From assembly GCA_965649765.1 (NCBI GenBank), contig OZ287749.1, positions 39,556,001-39,620,000 on the forward strand: 64,000 nt of DNA. The letters run 5' to 3'. Both the position numbers and the translations under genes were made by a program. Positions within the stretch are counted from its first letter, which is position 1. Each line of letters opens with the position of its first letter. This document shows, piece after piece, positions 38,601-47,900 of this stretch. The stretch comes from Bispira polyomma (lineage: Eukaryota). The notes beneath the pieces are model-generated. The model was not told the origin of the DNA and ran no database searches. It worked only from the letters and a program-made list of their open reading frames with translations.

Positions 38601-40200
38601 TAATTTGTGGAGCCCTTAGCTTTTCATCAATATCAAAAACCCTTCAAACACCTTTGCATATTATTATGGTGGAGATATTTATTTTAACGTAAATGGCACT
38701 TTACAATAAAATTACCATAGTGTCAAAGTGTGAAAGAGAATTCATCTTCCCTTCTACCCGTGCTGATCCACTCAAATATTTCATGGATTATTCCTAATAG
38801 CCCATAACCCAACTCTGCACTAAAGTTCAGTCCTCTTTTTTTTGTCTCATCCTGGTGACAAACAATTAAGGTCACCTGTCTGTAGGACCCACATAAAATA
38901 GGAACTTTAAACAGCAGACACTGACCTTTGGAGGGTACTGTACAAGTAGACAACCAAACCAACAAACAAGCAGCAACATAACCTCTTCAGTGGAGGTAAA
39001 TATTAGCGACATCAATGTATTCTATCTCTTTTTTTTTGTTTCTGCATCTATATGTGAAATTGTCGCACAAAAACAGGGTTTTATCTTTTGACCTTACAAG
39101 GTTATTTAACACACGTACGTCAATGAGAAGTTGAGAGAGCAGACACTGACCTCTGGAGGGTACTGTAAGTAGGCTTGTTGTTGAGGGGTCACAGCTTGCT
39201 CTCCGGTGTGAACCTGCTCTACTAGACGCTCCATTTACACCCTCATCTGAAAAAACGACAATGTTCTATTGCTAGCTGGTGTCTATATATGTATATACAG
39301 TAGAACCTCTATTATTCAAACTTTTATTATATCTGAATATTAAATTTTATGGACTCATTTCTACTCCCAAAAATTTATGTACATGTATTTCTTGATACAG
39401 AAATACCTCTTCAGATTTATGAACGGTCTAAGTATCCTGACAGAATGTTGCTCCATAACATATTTGGATGATCGACAGGCTACCATACTGTGGATTAGAA
39501 TCAGCTGAGAGTTGAGACTGACCAACTGGTTGTGACAAGTGGAAGAACTGGGGTGTAAATGAATAAAGACAGATGACACAACATTAAGGGGAACAGCAAC
39601 GCTATAAACTTACGCATTTACATTTCTGTTACTAAGTATAAGTTCAGGTCTGTAGTTATAAAAAAATTACAAAACTTAAATCTCAAAATATGTCCTGCTA
39701 CATATCTTTGTGCATGATCAAAATATCTAAAGTCTAATTGCAGTATTGAAGTTTGTCGCTGAAAGCTCTATTAAGTTACTCACTTGAAAATCTATTGAAA
39801 TAAATGGTAACACGTCTAGATTATTTCCATTAATAAAGAAATCTTTTCATGTGGTACAGTATAACCTGTCTATAACAACCCCTGATAAGACATTTTACAA
39901 AGGTTTGTTATATACAGGCGGTCTTTCTATACAGGATCATCATCTCTGTTGAAATTTTCAAGATATAAAAATGTCTTACAGTGTATGAAACAAAGCCCTT
40001 ATTTGAATACACATAAAATACACCTACAAATAAATGTAGTTGGATTTTTAATTTGGATCCGGATTACCTTCTAGTGTAAATGCTTGGTTATCCTCTCCAG
40101 AATGGCCTCCCTGGATCTGAATAACCGGAGCACTGCCGCCAGATTCCATACTTCGATCTGGTGTCGGGTTGGTATTTTTGGGTGAGGCCATCTCAGTCAT
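17641..40200 (-). CDS. Cyclic nucleotide-gated channel beta subunit (CNGB1/CNGB3/tax-2-like), N-terminus to S5 only (516 codons in window)
   Basis: Phase-consistent exons 40068-40200, 39151-39246, 35064-35349, 32941-33077, 31333-31539, 23273-23382, 22039-22151, 21212-21347, 19624-19674, 19058-19150, 18177-18241, 17641-17763. Motifs: VSERIFNFVQKFSNRTE; TIDPSSMIYALWLMLVTLAYSYNAATIPLRGFF (S1); TPENRYYWWLCDYLADLIYLLDI (S2); MDFASLIPLDLMY (S3); RLPRLLKIQTFWEF (S4); RVMRTLTYMLFLIHIESCGYFIMSAYEGLGFNQWVY (S5). All match beta-type CNG subunits. Confidence 0.92.
18640..18880 (+). mobile_element. L2/CR1-type LINE 3' end fragment
   Basis: LPDELRSIETISGFRKTLKSHLFKLTYPP, an ORF2 C-terminus, plus 3' UTR. 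Confidence 0.75.
20590..20629 (+). ncRNA. Degenerate Penelope-type minimal hammerhead motif (GAAA changed to AAAA)
   Basis: TTTCT-CTGAAGA-AGAG(agtcagg)CTCT-AAAA-GCTC-AGAAA. Confidence 0.5.
20706..20989. repeat. Diverged ~162-bp tandem duplication
   Basis: CATATTAAACACT... at about 20706 and 20868; both copies contain GTTTCTAGCAATATAAAAA and end in CGACATAC. Confidence 0.75.
20990..21163. mobile_element. Tc1/pogo-type MITE, 174 bp
   Basis: TA|CAGTAGACTCTGTATAA ... TTATACAGAGTCTACTG|TA. An inverted sister copy lies at about 58219-58392. Confidence 0.88.
21613..21783. repeat. 40-bp minisatellite, about 4 copies
   Basis: GACAGGGAGGACAGGAATGGGTCATGACCAGAAGGG repeating every 40 bp. Confidence 0.9.
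23019..23259. mobile_element. PIF/Harbinger-type MITE, 241 bp
   Basis: CAG|GGGCTGTATTCACAA ... TTGTGAATACTGCCC|CAG: TIRs with a 3-bp CAG target duplication; inverted TCTTAGTCTTAA/TTAAGACTAAGA subterminal blocks. Confidence 0.85.
23930..25740 (-). mobile_element. 5'-truncated, decayed L1/Tx1-clade LINE (ORF2 C-terminal part plus 3' UTR)
   Basis: FFNFVWSNKKHLISKNVLVQPLELGGLKIVSVEY..AKVMWIKR, zf-RVT-like ICGKVDNLEHYFYYCP, and a C-terminal segment with stops and frameshifts. Boundaries are approximate. Confidence 0.8.
25852..26832 (-). CDS. Tyrosine recombinase of the retrotransposon (326 aa; ORF opens at TTG)
   Basis: SAM-like N-terminus (KQPTIANYLSVLRH) and catalytic residues R (YARLS), K (RTKT), HxxR (HAFRRSGA), HGSW and Y (FTYL) are all present. 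Confidence 0.92.
   Translation of the reverse strand: MASNLLSLACNRIPTALRKRTTQAYKQQFRLFLALAIYLQIPDCTQLSYILIFLEYLHQCGFKQPTIANYLSVLRHYFGFYSLQAAALEHKKVTMVLRAMAINAPFSPKFKGVISIPILQNIVKRCDKLPHGYVFKALFLVAFFGYARLSTLVPSSRKDISDRSLLRKDFIDTSLGMDIVFPRTKTHQAYYQSHPISIPSIPSSSLCPVQAVKNMFRLIPSSPNSVAFVIPNKKSFTPLLASKVRQTLARIITLLGYEPAHFTFHAFRRSGATLSFNNNVAFEDIRVHGSWKSDAIFTYLQNLSAAPKVAISFQKLPSLRALHGHT
26847..28670 (-). CDS. Reverse transcriptase-RNase H of the retrotransposon (607 aa)
   Basis: RRIIVNLS, KLDVSRAFR, FGYRHG, YIDD; DIRS-type RNase H motifs VDAS, HLEM, CDN and NDKADCLSR. Confidence 0.95.
   Translation of the reverse strand: MVGNSIIDNTCMEEHVLGDMVSDQGAEALNTLQGFGFVRHTIPLYVLKDKSSTLEELSLEQWVTEAYNIVASTSVPNYKGARLQVNTELNLKLWFDLLKNYHDPILFEYLRFGFPLCVDYNTFQYTTVCDNHPSAIQFPQDVEVYFKKELEHNSIAGPFEIPPIAPLHVSPLLSRPKTGDTRRIIVNLSHPFGDSVNSNVLTDEYDGYKFTLTYPSVDNIVDEIAKLGSSALLYKLDVSRAFRNLRIDPRDYSVMGLHWAGKYFIDVSVAFGYRHGCAQMQRIGDFLLHIMASSGYTVFPYIDDVIGIQNQQQANSAFHMLKALIENLGLPLNLKKMATPQHEVTCMGILINTKTGTLRIPDDKLLKIVIICREWQNKQFISKRALQSLLGKGLYIHRCVHPARLFVNRMLGFLRGSHSQCRITLDDQFRKDIAWFNKFLINFNGVVMIHRQNNPDFVVYVDASLSGIGAIYNDNVYAATYPQNFHLVYTIVHLEMINIYVMLKVWGSHFTHKLVRVRCDNEAVVHVLNNGRTRDPHLLLYARSIWCLAASHDIQLQYSHIAGVQNDKADCLSRWFSPNVNKDVVNELIKCQWYQVRADFYIPNYDI
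29180..30300 (-). pseudogene. Disrupted gag-like ORF of the retrotransposon
   Basis: ORFs 30103-30300 and 29308-30090 are in the same frame, split by a single TGA at 30103-30105. A frameshift near 29335 cuts off the C-terminal zinc fingers (PCRFF / RCTHDNDH...HACAYCFK...HAEPNC...SKN). N-terminal CxxC..H..P.G..C motif present. Confidence 0.8.
30753..30997. repeat. ~121-bp tandem duplication
   Basis: CTTGGGTTAGAAAGTTGAACTTTACTCTGAACTAT...CAGACAGTC present twice. Confidence 0.9.
33300..34080. mobile_element. Non-autonomous DNA transposon-like interspersed repeat
   Basis: Colinear reverse complement of 54930-55800 (e.g. AAGCCTTGAACAAGTGAATGATGTCA). A short piece also lies at 48600-48700. Confidence 0.7.
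35388..37430 (-). mobile_element. Helentron-derived non-autonomous element (HINE-like) containing a tandem array
   Basis: Subterminal inverted repeats AAGCGTCCCT (35419) and AGGGACGCTT (37418). 5' hairpin AAGCGTCCCTT-GAA-AAGGGCGCTT and 3' hairpin followed by CTAGTT on the minus strand. Confidence 0.82.
35500..36990. repeat. 142-bp tandem array, about 11 copies, with a duplicated 426-bp trimer
   Basis: CTAGCAC anchor at 35677, 35819, 35961, 36103, 36245, 36387, 36529, 36671, 36813 and 36955. Confidence 0.95.
37445..38030. repeat. ~250-bp diverged tandem repeat, about 2.3 copies
   Basis: CAATAATGGCCTCA at about 37450, 37701 and 37952. Confidence 0.8.
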
Positions 40201-41247
40201 GGACTATAAGTTGTATTAACACCACTGAAAATATTTATGAGCATAAAAATAACTACAGAAGAATATTGTACTGTATTTGTGGATTTTTAACATGCCTTAC
40301 TGATGTTAGGCATCTCCAAAAGAATTCAGAATCGATAAACCATTAATCCATGATTCTTAAATACTTGGTTGTCATTATTAGGGTGTAATCACCTTTTTCC
40401 CTAGGATATTATCCCTCAATGATCATTGTGGTGTTACCAGAAGTCAAACCGGGGACCTTCTGATCACCAGACCAACTCCCCAGTGATGGAGTCCAATTTA
40501 TAGTTATTAATAATGGTATTTAGTATTGAAACAGACGTTTACCTGAAAAATGTTTTGCTATAATTTTTAACACAGTTTGGTTAAATATACACATATATGG
40601 ATTTTATTTACTGAAATATTCTTTAAAAATGTTTATCTTATTTCTGAATTTTCCACATAATCGCATGTTTATGATAACAGTTAGCAGTCCCATGGCTTAA
40701 ACACTTAAATATGTATTCATGAACATGTACCTAATCATTAATAAAGATTAAACACTATAATTTTGATCTTTGGTATTTCTCAGAATTTTCTTCTCAAAAT
40801 TAAGAAAAAATAATATGGAACACAGTCCCATACATACAATCAATTGAACTCTTGGAAAACATTCTATCTTGCCAATCTAGTCTATCAGTCTTGGATAAAG
40901 AGTATATCTATAGTTTCCTAAATAAAGGTTTTTATAGGGTCTACAATATCAATCTGTGATGCAAACTTAATGACAAGTAGTATTTCTTTTAACCCTTACA
41001 CTATTTCTGTGCATATTTCACAGCACAATTATTCACAAATGCACTTGTGGGACCCCCAAATTTATTATCTATTTTGTGGCAGAATGTAGTTTACCAAACT
41101 CTTTGACTATGGATTATTTAGATATCAAGAGCTGAACACCTCAGACTGATTATCAGTAAATGGCATTACCTATTTGTATAACTGATGTGCGACATTTTCA
41201 GTGACAACTGAAGCTGTCACCAATGGGTTTCTTTTAATCAACACCAA

Positions 41248-41408
41248 CAGTAGAACCTCTATTATCCTAACTTCTGTTATCCAAGTATTTAAGTCTCATT
41301 TTCATTTTCCAAATGTTTTTCCCCCTAAAAATGCCTTTTATCTAATTCTTCTACTGTCCAAACAAAATATTGCTCTTCCAACATGGTCGGATAATAGACA
41401 TTCTACTG
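41248..41408. mobile_element. Tc1/pogo-type MITE (CAGTAGAACCTCTATTATCC family)
   Basis: CAGTAGAACCTCTATTATCC ... GGATAATAGACATTCTACTG|TA. Related ends near 15055, 33158, 39298, 48300, 60020 and 63370-63549. Confidence 0.75.
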
Positions 41409-41919
41409 TACTTCTTCATCCTCAGCAATATTCTGGGGCCTTGGTGTAGTGGTAACAGTGAAGAAAACCTTGACCAACTACCCTGTTTTGATTTCTTTCA
41501 CCAGTGAACTAAACTGCCTGCAGTGATAGGACACAAACATGCATGTCAAAAGCGATGTAAATGAGTCCCAAATAATTAAATAAAAATAATCAGAAATATT
41601 CACTGAAACAATTGTTAAGAAAATGTATGAGTGAAAACACATAATTACACAAGAATCCTTATGCATATATAAGTACCAAAATAAAACATTACCTTTCATC
41701 AACTTAAAGTCAGGCAATCACATAAGTGTATTTAGGATGATCTCACACACTTTTAATCCCATAGATAAATGTAATATACAGACAACATACGATGGTACCA
41801 CAATACCTAGGGTATAAGTGTCTCCCAAAATGGCTGTAAAAACACACACAGGTAAACTGTTGCCACAAATGTTATACCCTCCCCTTTCATAACTACTGTC
41901 AACTGTCCTTCATTAGTTG

Positions 41920-41933
41920 GTTTCCATGACAAC
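41920..41933. promoter_or_regulatory. RFX X-box-like motif
   Basis: GTTTCCATGACAAC between the CNGB and CNBD1 start codons. Confidence 0.5.
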
Positions 41934-42299
41934 TGGTAACTGGTGTATTTTTTCATGCTGCTTGGACAAGGAATCAATACTGCTCAGTGAGATTTGTAGC
42001 CTCCTGTAGGCTCAAACTGAACTGTTCAAAGTATTGTGAATATTAAATTAGTGGAAATATTATGTTCTTCAATAACATATACTTCATACACTTACTTCAA
42101 TGCTAAACTGGATATATGTATTGATGCCATTTAAAAAATATTTTATAACATTTCATTCACACATAGTACCACATATAAACATGTATATTCTTTCACACTC
42201 AATATAGATTTAAAGAAATAAATAAACCACTTGGTCAGTTAATATTATTATTAAGCAAAATACAACAGCCACCCTACCTTGCCTCCCTTCTTTCCTTCA

Positions 42300-42640
42300 G
42301 TAACCGCAAGAGAGGCAACAGACTCTGTCACTTCGGTCAGACCAATCAGAAAGGCGGGTTTCAGAGCGTTCTCCACTGCAGCTCCACGGTTATGGAACAG
42401 TCTCCCAGTTGACCTCAGATCAGTTGACACACTTATCGGTTTTAGGAAAAAGCTTAAAACCTATCTTTTTAATCTTGCCCACCTACCTTAGCTTTCCTCG
42501 TGCACGCTCCCACTTCCTTCCTTATGACTTTGCAATTTCCATGGACTTAATGATTTGACTAATGATTCTGCTGTTGCGCTTTAGAAGATGCCTAGCATCA
42601 ATAAAGCGCGGTTAAAATCTATAATAATAATAATAATTAC
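42300..42640 (+). mobile_element. L2/CR1-type LINE 3' end
   Basis: KAGFRAFSTAAPRLWNSLPVDLRSVDTLIGFRKKLKTYLF, 3' UTR and (TAA)n tail. Confidence 0.85.
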
Positions 42641-43825
42641 ATGTACTTGCAGTGTTGTGAATATTTAATCATTAGATTTTTTACATTTATAAAAGCCTTG
42701 TTTATGTACATACAGATTTGTTTTTGTAATCTTATTTTAGAATGTGGGACTTAGTAAGGCTATGGTTTGTCACCTTACAGAATAGAGCAGATGAGAATGA
42801 TCCCACCTGTACACAACTGGCTTGCTTCACTAATCACAGCTCATTGTCTCTACACAGGAAAATCAAACACAAGTTTCCATCTACAGGGCGATCAGTTTAT
42901 ATTAAAAAGTGCAGTGATTAATTTGCAGGGAAATTTGTGTACGTGTCGGGTTATTGAGTAAAGAACTGATAATTAAACGTTATTATAAGGCTGATAAATA
43001 CACACACCAATTTTATTGATCCAGTGTGTACATAAACATTAAAACCTTAAAGATAGAAATATTAAAAAGTCTACATTATAAATTTTTCCTACATCCCTAT
43101 TCACAATATTATTATTTTTACAATATTCACGATATTTACAGCTTCAATCCGAGCTGGAGATATATATTTGCAGAAGTGGTTAGTATATGTAAACATTGTG
43201 GGAAGTGTTCAGAAATTCTGCTAGCCAGATTACCAGAAGGATTAAATCTTAATTTCTAAGCCAATAAATTATCTGTTTGGGTAATATACTTGGTTTAAAA
43301 TTTAATTTGGTCTAATTGCATGAGGGCATTATGAATTTTTCACTGAATCCCTCACTCAACAATGTAGTTTTACTTCAGAATAAAGCAAATCTCAGTTATA
43401 AAAAACATTAATGCCGACACTTTTGGAACAGAATTGGAATCTCTTAAAATGCAGTGATACTGTGTTTCACCAAGAGTAAAGACTTGGAAGCAAGTTTATA
43501 GTCTACTACCGAAAATGCTGCAGCAACTAGACATTTGCAGGCGTGCGAGTTATATTGTCTGTATTGGTAATGTATGGGATAGATGCACCACTCAGTGTGC
43601 ACAGGGTTTATAATTACCATTTGTGTTATTAAAAAAAAAAAAGAATAAATAAACGATAACTTATATTGCTATATATGAGTTGTATAACAGTTAACGTTAT
43701 TCGTGGCCATTTATAGTGCCTCCTAGCGACTTAAGTATTTTGCAGCCTACGTCAAAACATTGAAATGGACAAATGCAGACTTAAATTGATTGATTTTTTT
43801 AAGTGTAATTGTAGACTTTATTCTA

Positions 43826-44352
43826 CACGGGTGGTAAGAATTCTGGCTGGTACGAATTCTGGACAATAAATACAATTATATGGAAATACCAGGAAATACA
43901 CAGAAACTACCATGTCAAACTAACGTTTATTCTGCACTACTAAATGTCTACTTACTGAAAAAAGTAGCAAAATATATAATAAATCATAATTTAAATGTAT
44001 AGATAGAGATACAAGTTGGTCCTATATATTGCATTTGCATGTAGGTGTTTTAAGTACATCTACTTATATCTTGTGGTGGCAAAGCAGTGACCTGATAAAA
44101 TACGGTTTATTTCAGATTTAATAAGAAAGTTATGGAAAAAATAAATAATAATAGGAAATAAGTTGAGAAAGCATATAGAAATGCTATTTCTGCACAACTG
44201 AATCCCTAGGTGGCACTTACACTTCCTATTAGTCGCAAAACTAATAGTGTTTCATGTATACCTATTTCAGTCCATTTGACTTTTTATTATATCTTATGCG
44301 ACATACTTTAAGTAAAAACATCAAATTCTGTCCAGAATTCGTACCACCCGTG
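43826..44352. mobile_element. Tc1/mariner-type MITE
   Basis: TA|CACGGGTGGTA(C/A)GAATTCTGG ... CCAGAATTCGTACCACCCGTG|TA. Confidence 0.82.
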
Positions 44353-44729
44353 TAGTAATTCTAGTAATTTTGTCTTAAGCATTATATCAGGGCAGTATGA
44401 CTTTATGTACAGACACTAGTGGTTTTCCACAGAGAAGACTTGCCTAATTCACATAGTTGAGTCATAATGACATCAGGCATGGTGGATAAGGATAAAATAC
44501 AAAGACTTGTAAGCCAGTCTATGTTGTTGTACACTGATGCTGAAAGGTAAGATAGTGGACAGGCCATACTAAATTAATACCTTATTCAGGGTCAAAGAAT
44601 ACCTTAAGAAAATATGATTAATGTTTGCAAAAACACCGTTGTGTTGTATAGACTTTGTTATTTTACTGTAAAACATATTTCGCCCTGTCAAAAACTCCAA
44701 AAGAGTCCACATTCATTTTCTCCCGTTAA

Positions 44730-44830
44730 CCACTGTGACATCTAGCGGTAGAAATGAAAGCAAACGCAAAATTCTCGTCTCGTGAGGTTTCGTCATCGGC
44801 GAAATTGCGCATGACGGAAGTAAACCCAGT
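44730..44830. promoter_or_regulatory. Candidate promoter of the CNBD1-like gene
   Basis: CpG-richer patch with TGCGCATG, CGGAAGT, CGTCA and a CTCF-like CCGCTAGATGTCAC (minus strand), within 200 bp of the ATG at 44916. Confidence 0.5.
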
Positions 44831-44915
44831 GTTGTTAATGTAAATAATGTAACTGGATGTAGTTAGCAAACTGAGTTAAAATCAATTATTGGACATTTTA
44901 TATCATTGTATAAAG

Positions 44916-47900
44916 ATGTCTTTAGTTAAATTTGAAGAAAAGCGAGAAGTATCAACTTGGAAAACGCGCGACAAGAAAGCGACACGCCACAAAAGTAAGT
45001 TTACTTGGTTTAGTAATCGGATTGAAATGGGCAACTCCATTCTCTCTTCAATTAGGATGTGACTGGGGGTCTCATTTCAGGTTCCTTTTTAGAAGTGGTT
45101 ACCGCGGCGATCGTCAGTTAGCTGTCTTATCGCCGTGGCACGAGCCCACATAGAACTGGAGATTTTTTAAAACAGAAAACCAAAAATGAATAACTTAAAA
45201 ACACTTGTAAAAATTTTTTTTTTTTTTTTAAAGTTTTTAGAAATCTCCAGTTTTATGTGGGCTCGTGCCACGGCGACAAGACAGCTAACTGACGATTGCC
45301 GCGGTTATGTATATGACCACGTCTAGTTCCTTTGTACAAAGGATTTTGAACAACTTTGCAATATTAAAAATGTTTTTTTAATAAAGTCACTTTTTAATGT
45401 TAGAATAATCATTACTTATACTATCGTCAAACTTCCTGTTATCGATCACTTACTATTATCGATCAGCAACAAAATAACCATTTTATACTAGGTCATGTGA
45501 ACACAATTTAGCGTTGATCATTTGGCATTTCGAAATAAAAACAATCTCCAATGATCTCCAACAAAAATTAAGAAATTAGGAGATAAAAAAAGGTATTAAA
45601 TTGTTAAAATACCTTTTATATATTATTCCGCTTACGTGATCGATAAGTGGAGGCGCGAGGATATATTGAGTATAGAAGCTATACATGTGCCACAGGCATA
45701 CCTATGAGATGGAAGCACTCACTCTTTGTGAAAATATGAAGTTGACTGACTAAAGCAACATGATTAATACATAATATGATATGTTGATGTGACATATAAT
45801 ACAATTTTTTAAAACTAAAAAATGCTTATACATTTGTAAATATTAAGTCTAACTTCAGAAAATAATGACAGAATAATATAGTTTCCGGAGCCTATACATG
45901 TTTTCTATGTAGGGAACTAGACCTATCTGCATGGAACGTACCTGTGTCCTTGCCCGAATTTATAAATGTTGACAGATGGTAACCATACTTTATAAAAAAA
46001 TAATTTACGTCATGGTTTATAAATGTACAAGATATGACACAAAAACTAAAAAAAAAAAAAAATACACTAATAAATAGTTAGTTGGAAACAAATTTATACT
46101 GAGCACTTTCTTGAAATGACACAATATTGGTCTATTTTACATTATCTAATAGATAGTAAGCTTCTCTCATTCACATGGAGCATAAATTTCATGTCAAATC
46201 GTATACATCAAAAAAACATTCCCTGAATTTTCTTAAATATTTCCTTGATATGACGGCCATTTGACATGAAATTGATGCATACTGTTTAGCGAACCATATT
46301 GCGTCACCCCGTAACAAAAACAGATTTAATATGAAATGTGTTACTTATACTATAGAAATCCACAATTTATTTCCAAGATAACTACGTTTTATGTTCAAAA
46401 TTACAAATCTGTCGATGTATTAACTTTTAACTGGTATTATAACCCAACCTGTAATATGAATGTCTCTGTAGTAGTATTAAAAAAGTCATTAATCAGTCAA
46501 ATAATGGGTGTACTACATATATGTGCATTTTTTAAAACATTAAAGGATAATGAAAAACATTGTATGCACAACTTAAGGAAACAGTTGTTTGCAAATTACG
46601 TTTCCTTTATAAGAACCATAATTACCTTACATTTTTGTACTGTTTTGTACATATACTTTGCAGTTCCTGGTGAAGTACAGAAACCTGTAATAGATTATGA
46701 CAAACTGAAACAGCTGATATCAATTGATGGTCTGAAAGGAAGGTAAGCCATTGAAATACGAAAACTTTAAATGGTATTTATTTTTTAACATTTTGTTCTG
46801 TATGGCATTTGTGGGTAGAGGCACTATTTAGTATATACAACATATTACAAACAACTCTCAGTATAGCTCACACTTTAGAAAAAACCAAACCTAAGTATTT
46901 TTAGAAATACCGTAAAATTTAAACCACATTCCCAATCTCTACTTTTTCTTAAATCTGAGTTAACTCTTTTGACTGCTATATTGTCAGGTAGAAACTAATG
47001 GCATTTGTTACTTACTGAACCTATGTTGGTAAGCAGTAAATACCTTAAACATATTATTTCAGACTCTTTTAGTTCCGTACTATAAATTGTTAGAACAGCG
47101 GAATTCCTCATTTAAACAGTTCTACGAGAGGCGGTTATTAATTGCCAAAAGTAGTTGGTGGTGTGTTTTAGTATAAGCTATTACCTGAACATTTCATTCA
47201 ATTCCTGGTAATAGTTTTCTCTTGGGGTCGAAAAGGTAAAGAGCCCATTGGCTCTACAGAGAGAGAGAGAGATAGAGTAATTAACAGTATGTCTAAACAC
47301 TTTTATGCACTTGTCAAGCTGCCATTCTGGGTCAGGCAGATCAAATGTATCTAGAATACTGAGTCTCTGATTGTTTATTAAGAACTGTGTCATCTTTTTA
47401 TATATTATTTTTGTATAAAAACAAACTTTTTGCTTCAGGAAAGATGCAACTTCAACAGAAGATGCTCATAAATCATTTATGGCAAATTATAAAAGCATTT
47501 TTGTTGAGGATGCACCAAAAAAGGGACTCCCTTATCACTGTCTCACAAGAAGGTAAAGGAATCTCCAAATTGATACTACACGGCCCATAATTCTGAACGG
47601 TTTCTAGTATTTTGTTCTGTAATATATCATATTTTGCCCAGAATTTATTAGTAGGTCTACTGTGAAAATAAGTCAAAATATTTGTACATTATGGTAAGAA
47701 AAATGCTTTTGATTAATAAGAAAAAAATTGTTCGTTATAATTATCGACCTACTGTTCAGAATTGTAGACGGCAGTGTATTACATTAATTTTTGAGGCACC
47801 TGTAATGTGCTGATACCATACCATCATCATTTAAAATCAGTATTTCTTAAATGATGTAGTATTCCTTTCTAAGCTATTTTTGTACAGAATCTTCTGAACT

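Noticed and set aside
41434-41460. tRNA-like start GGGGCCTTGGTGTAGTGGTAAC
   Set aside because: No B box or cloverleaf follows; at most a SINE head remnant.
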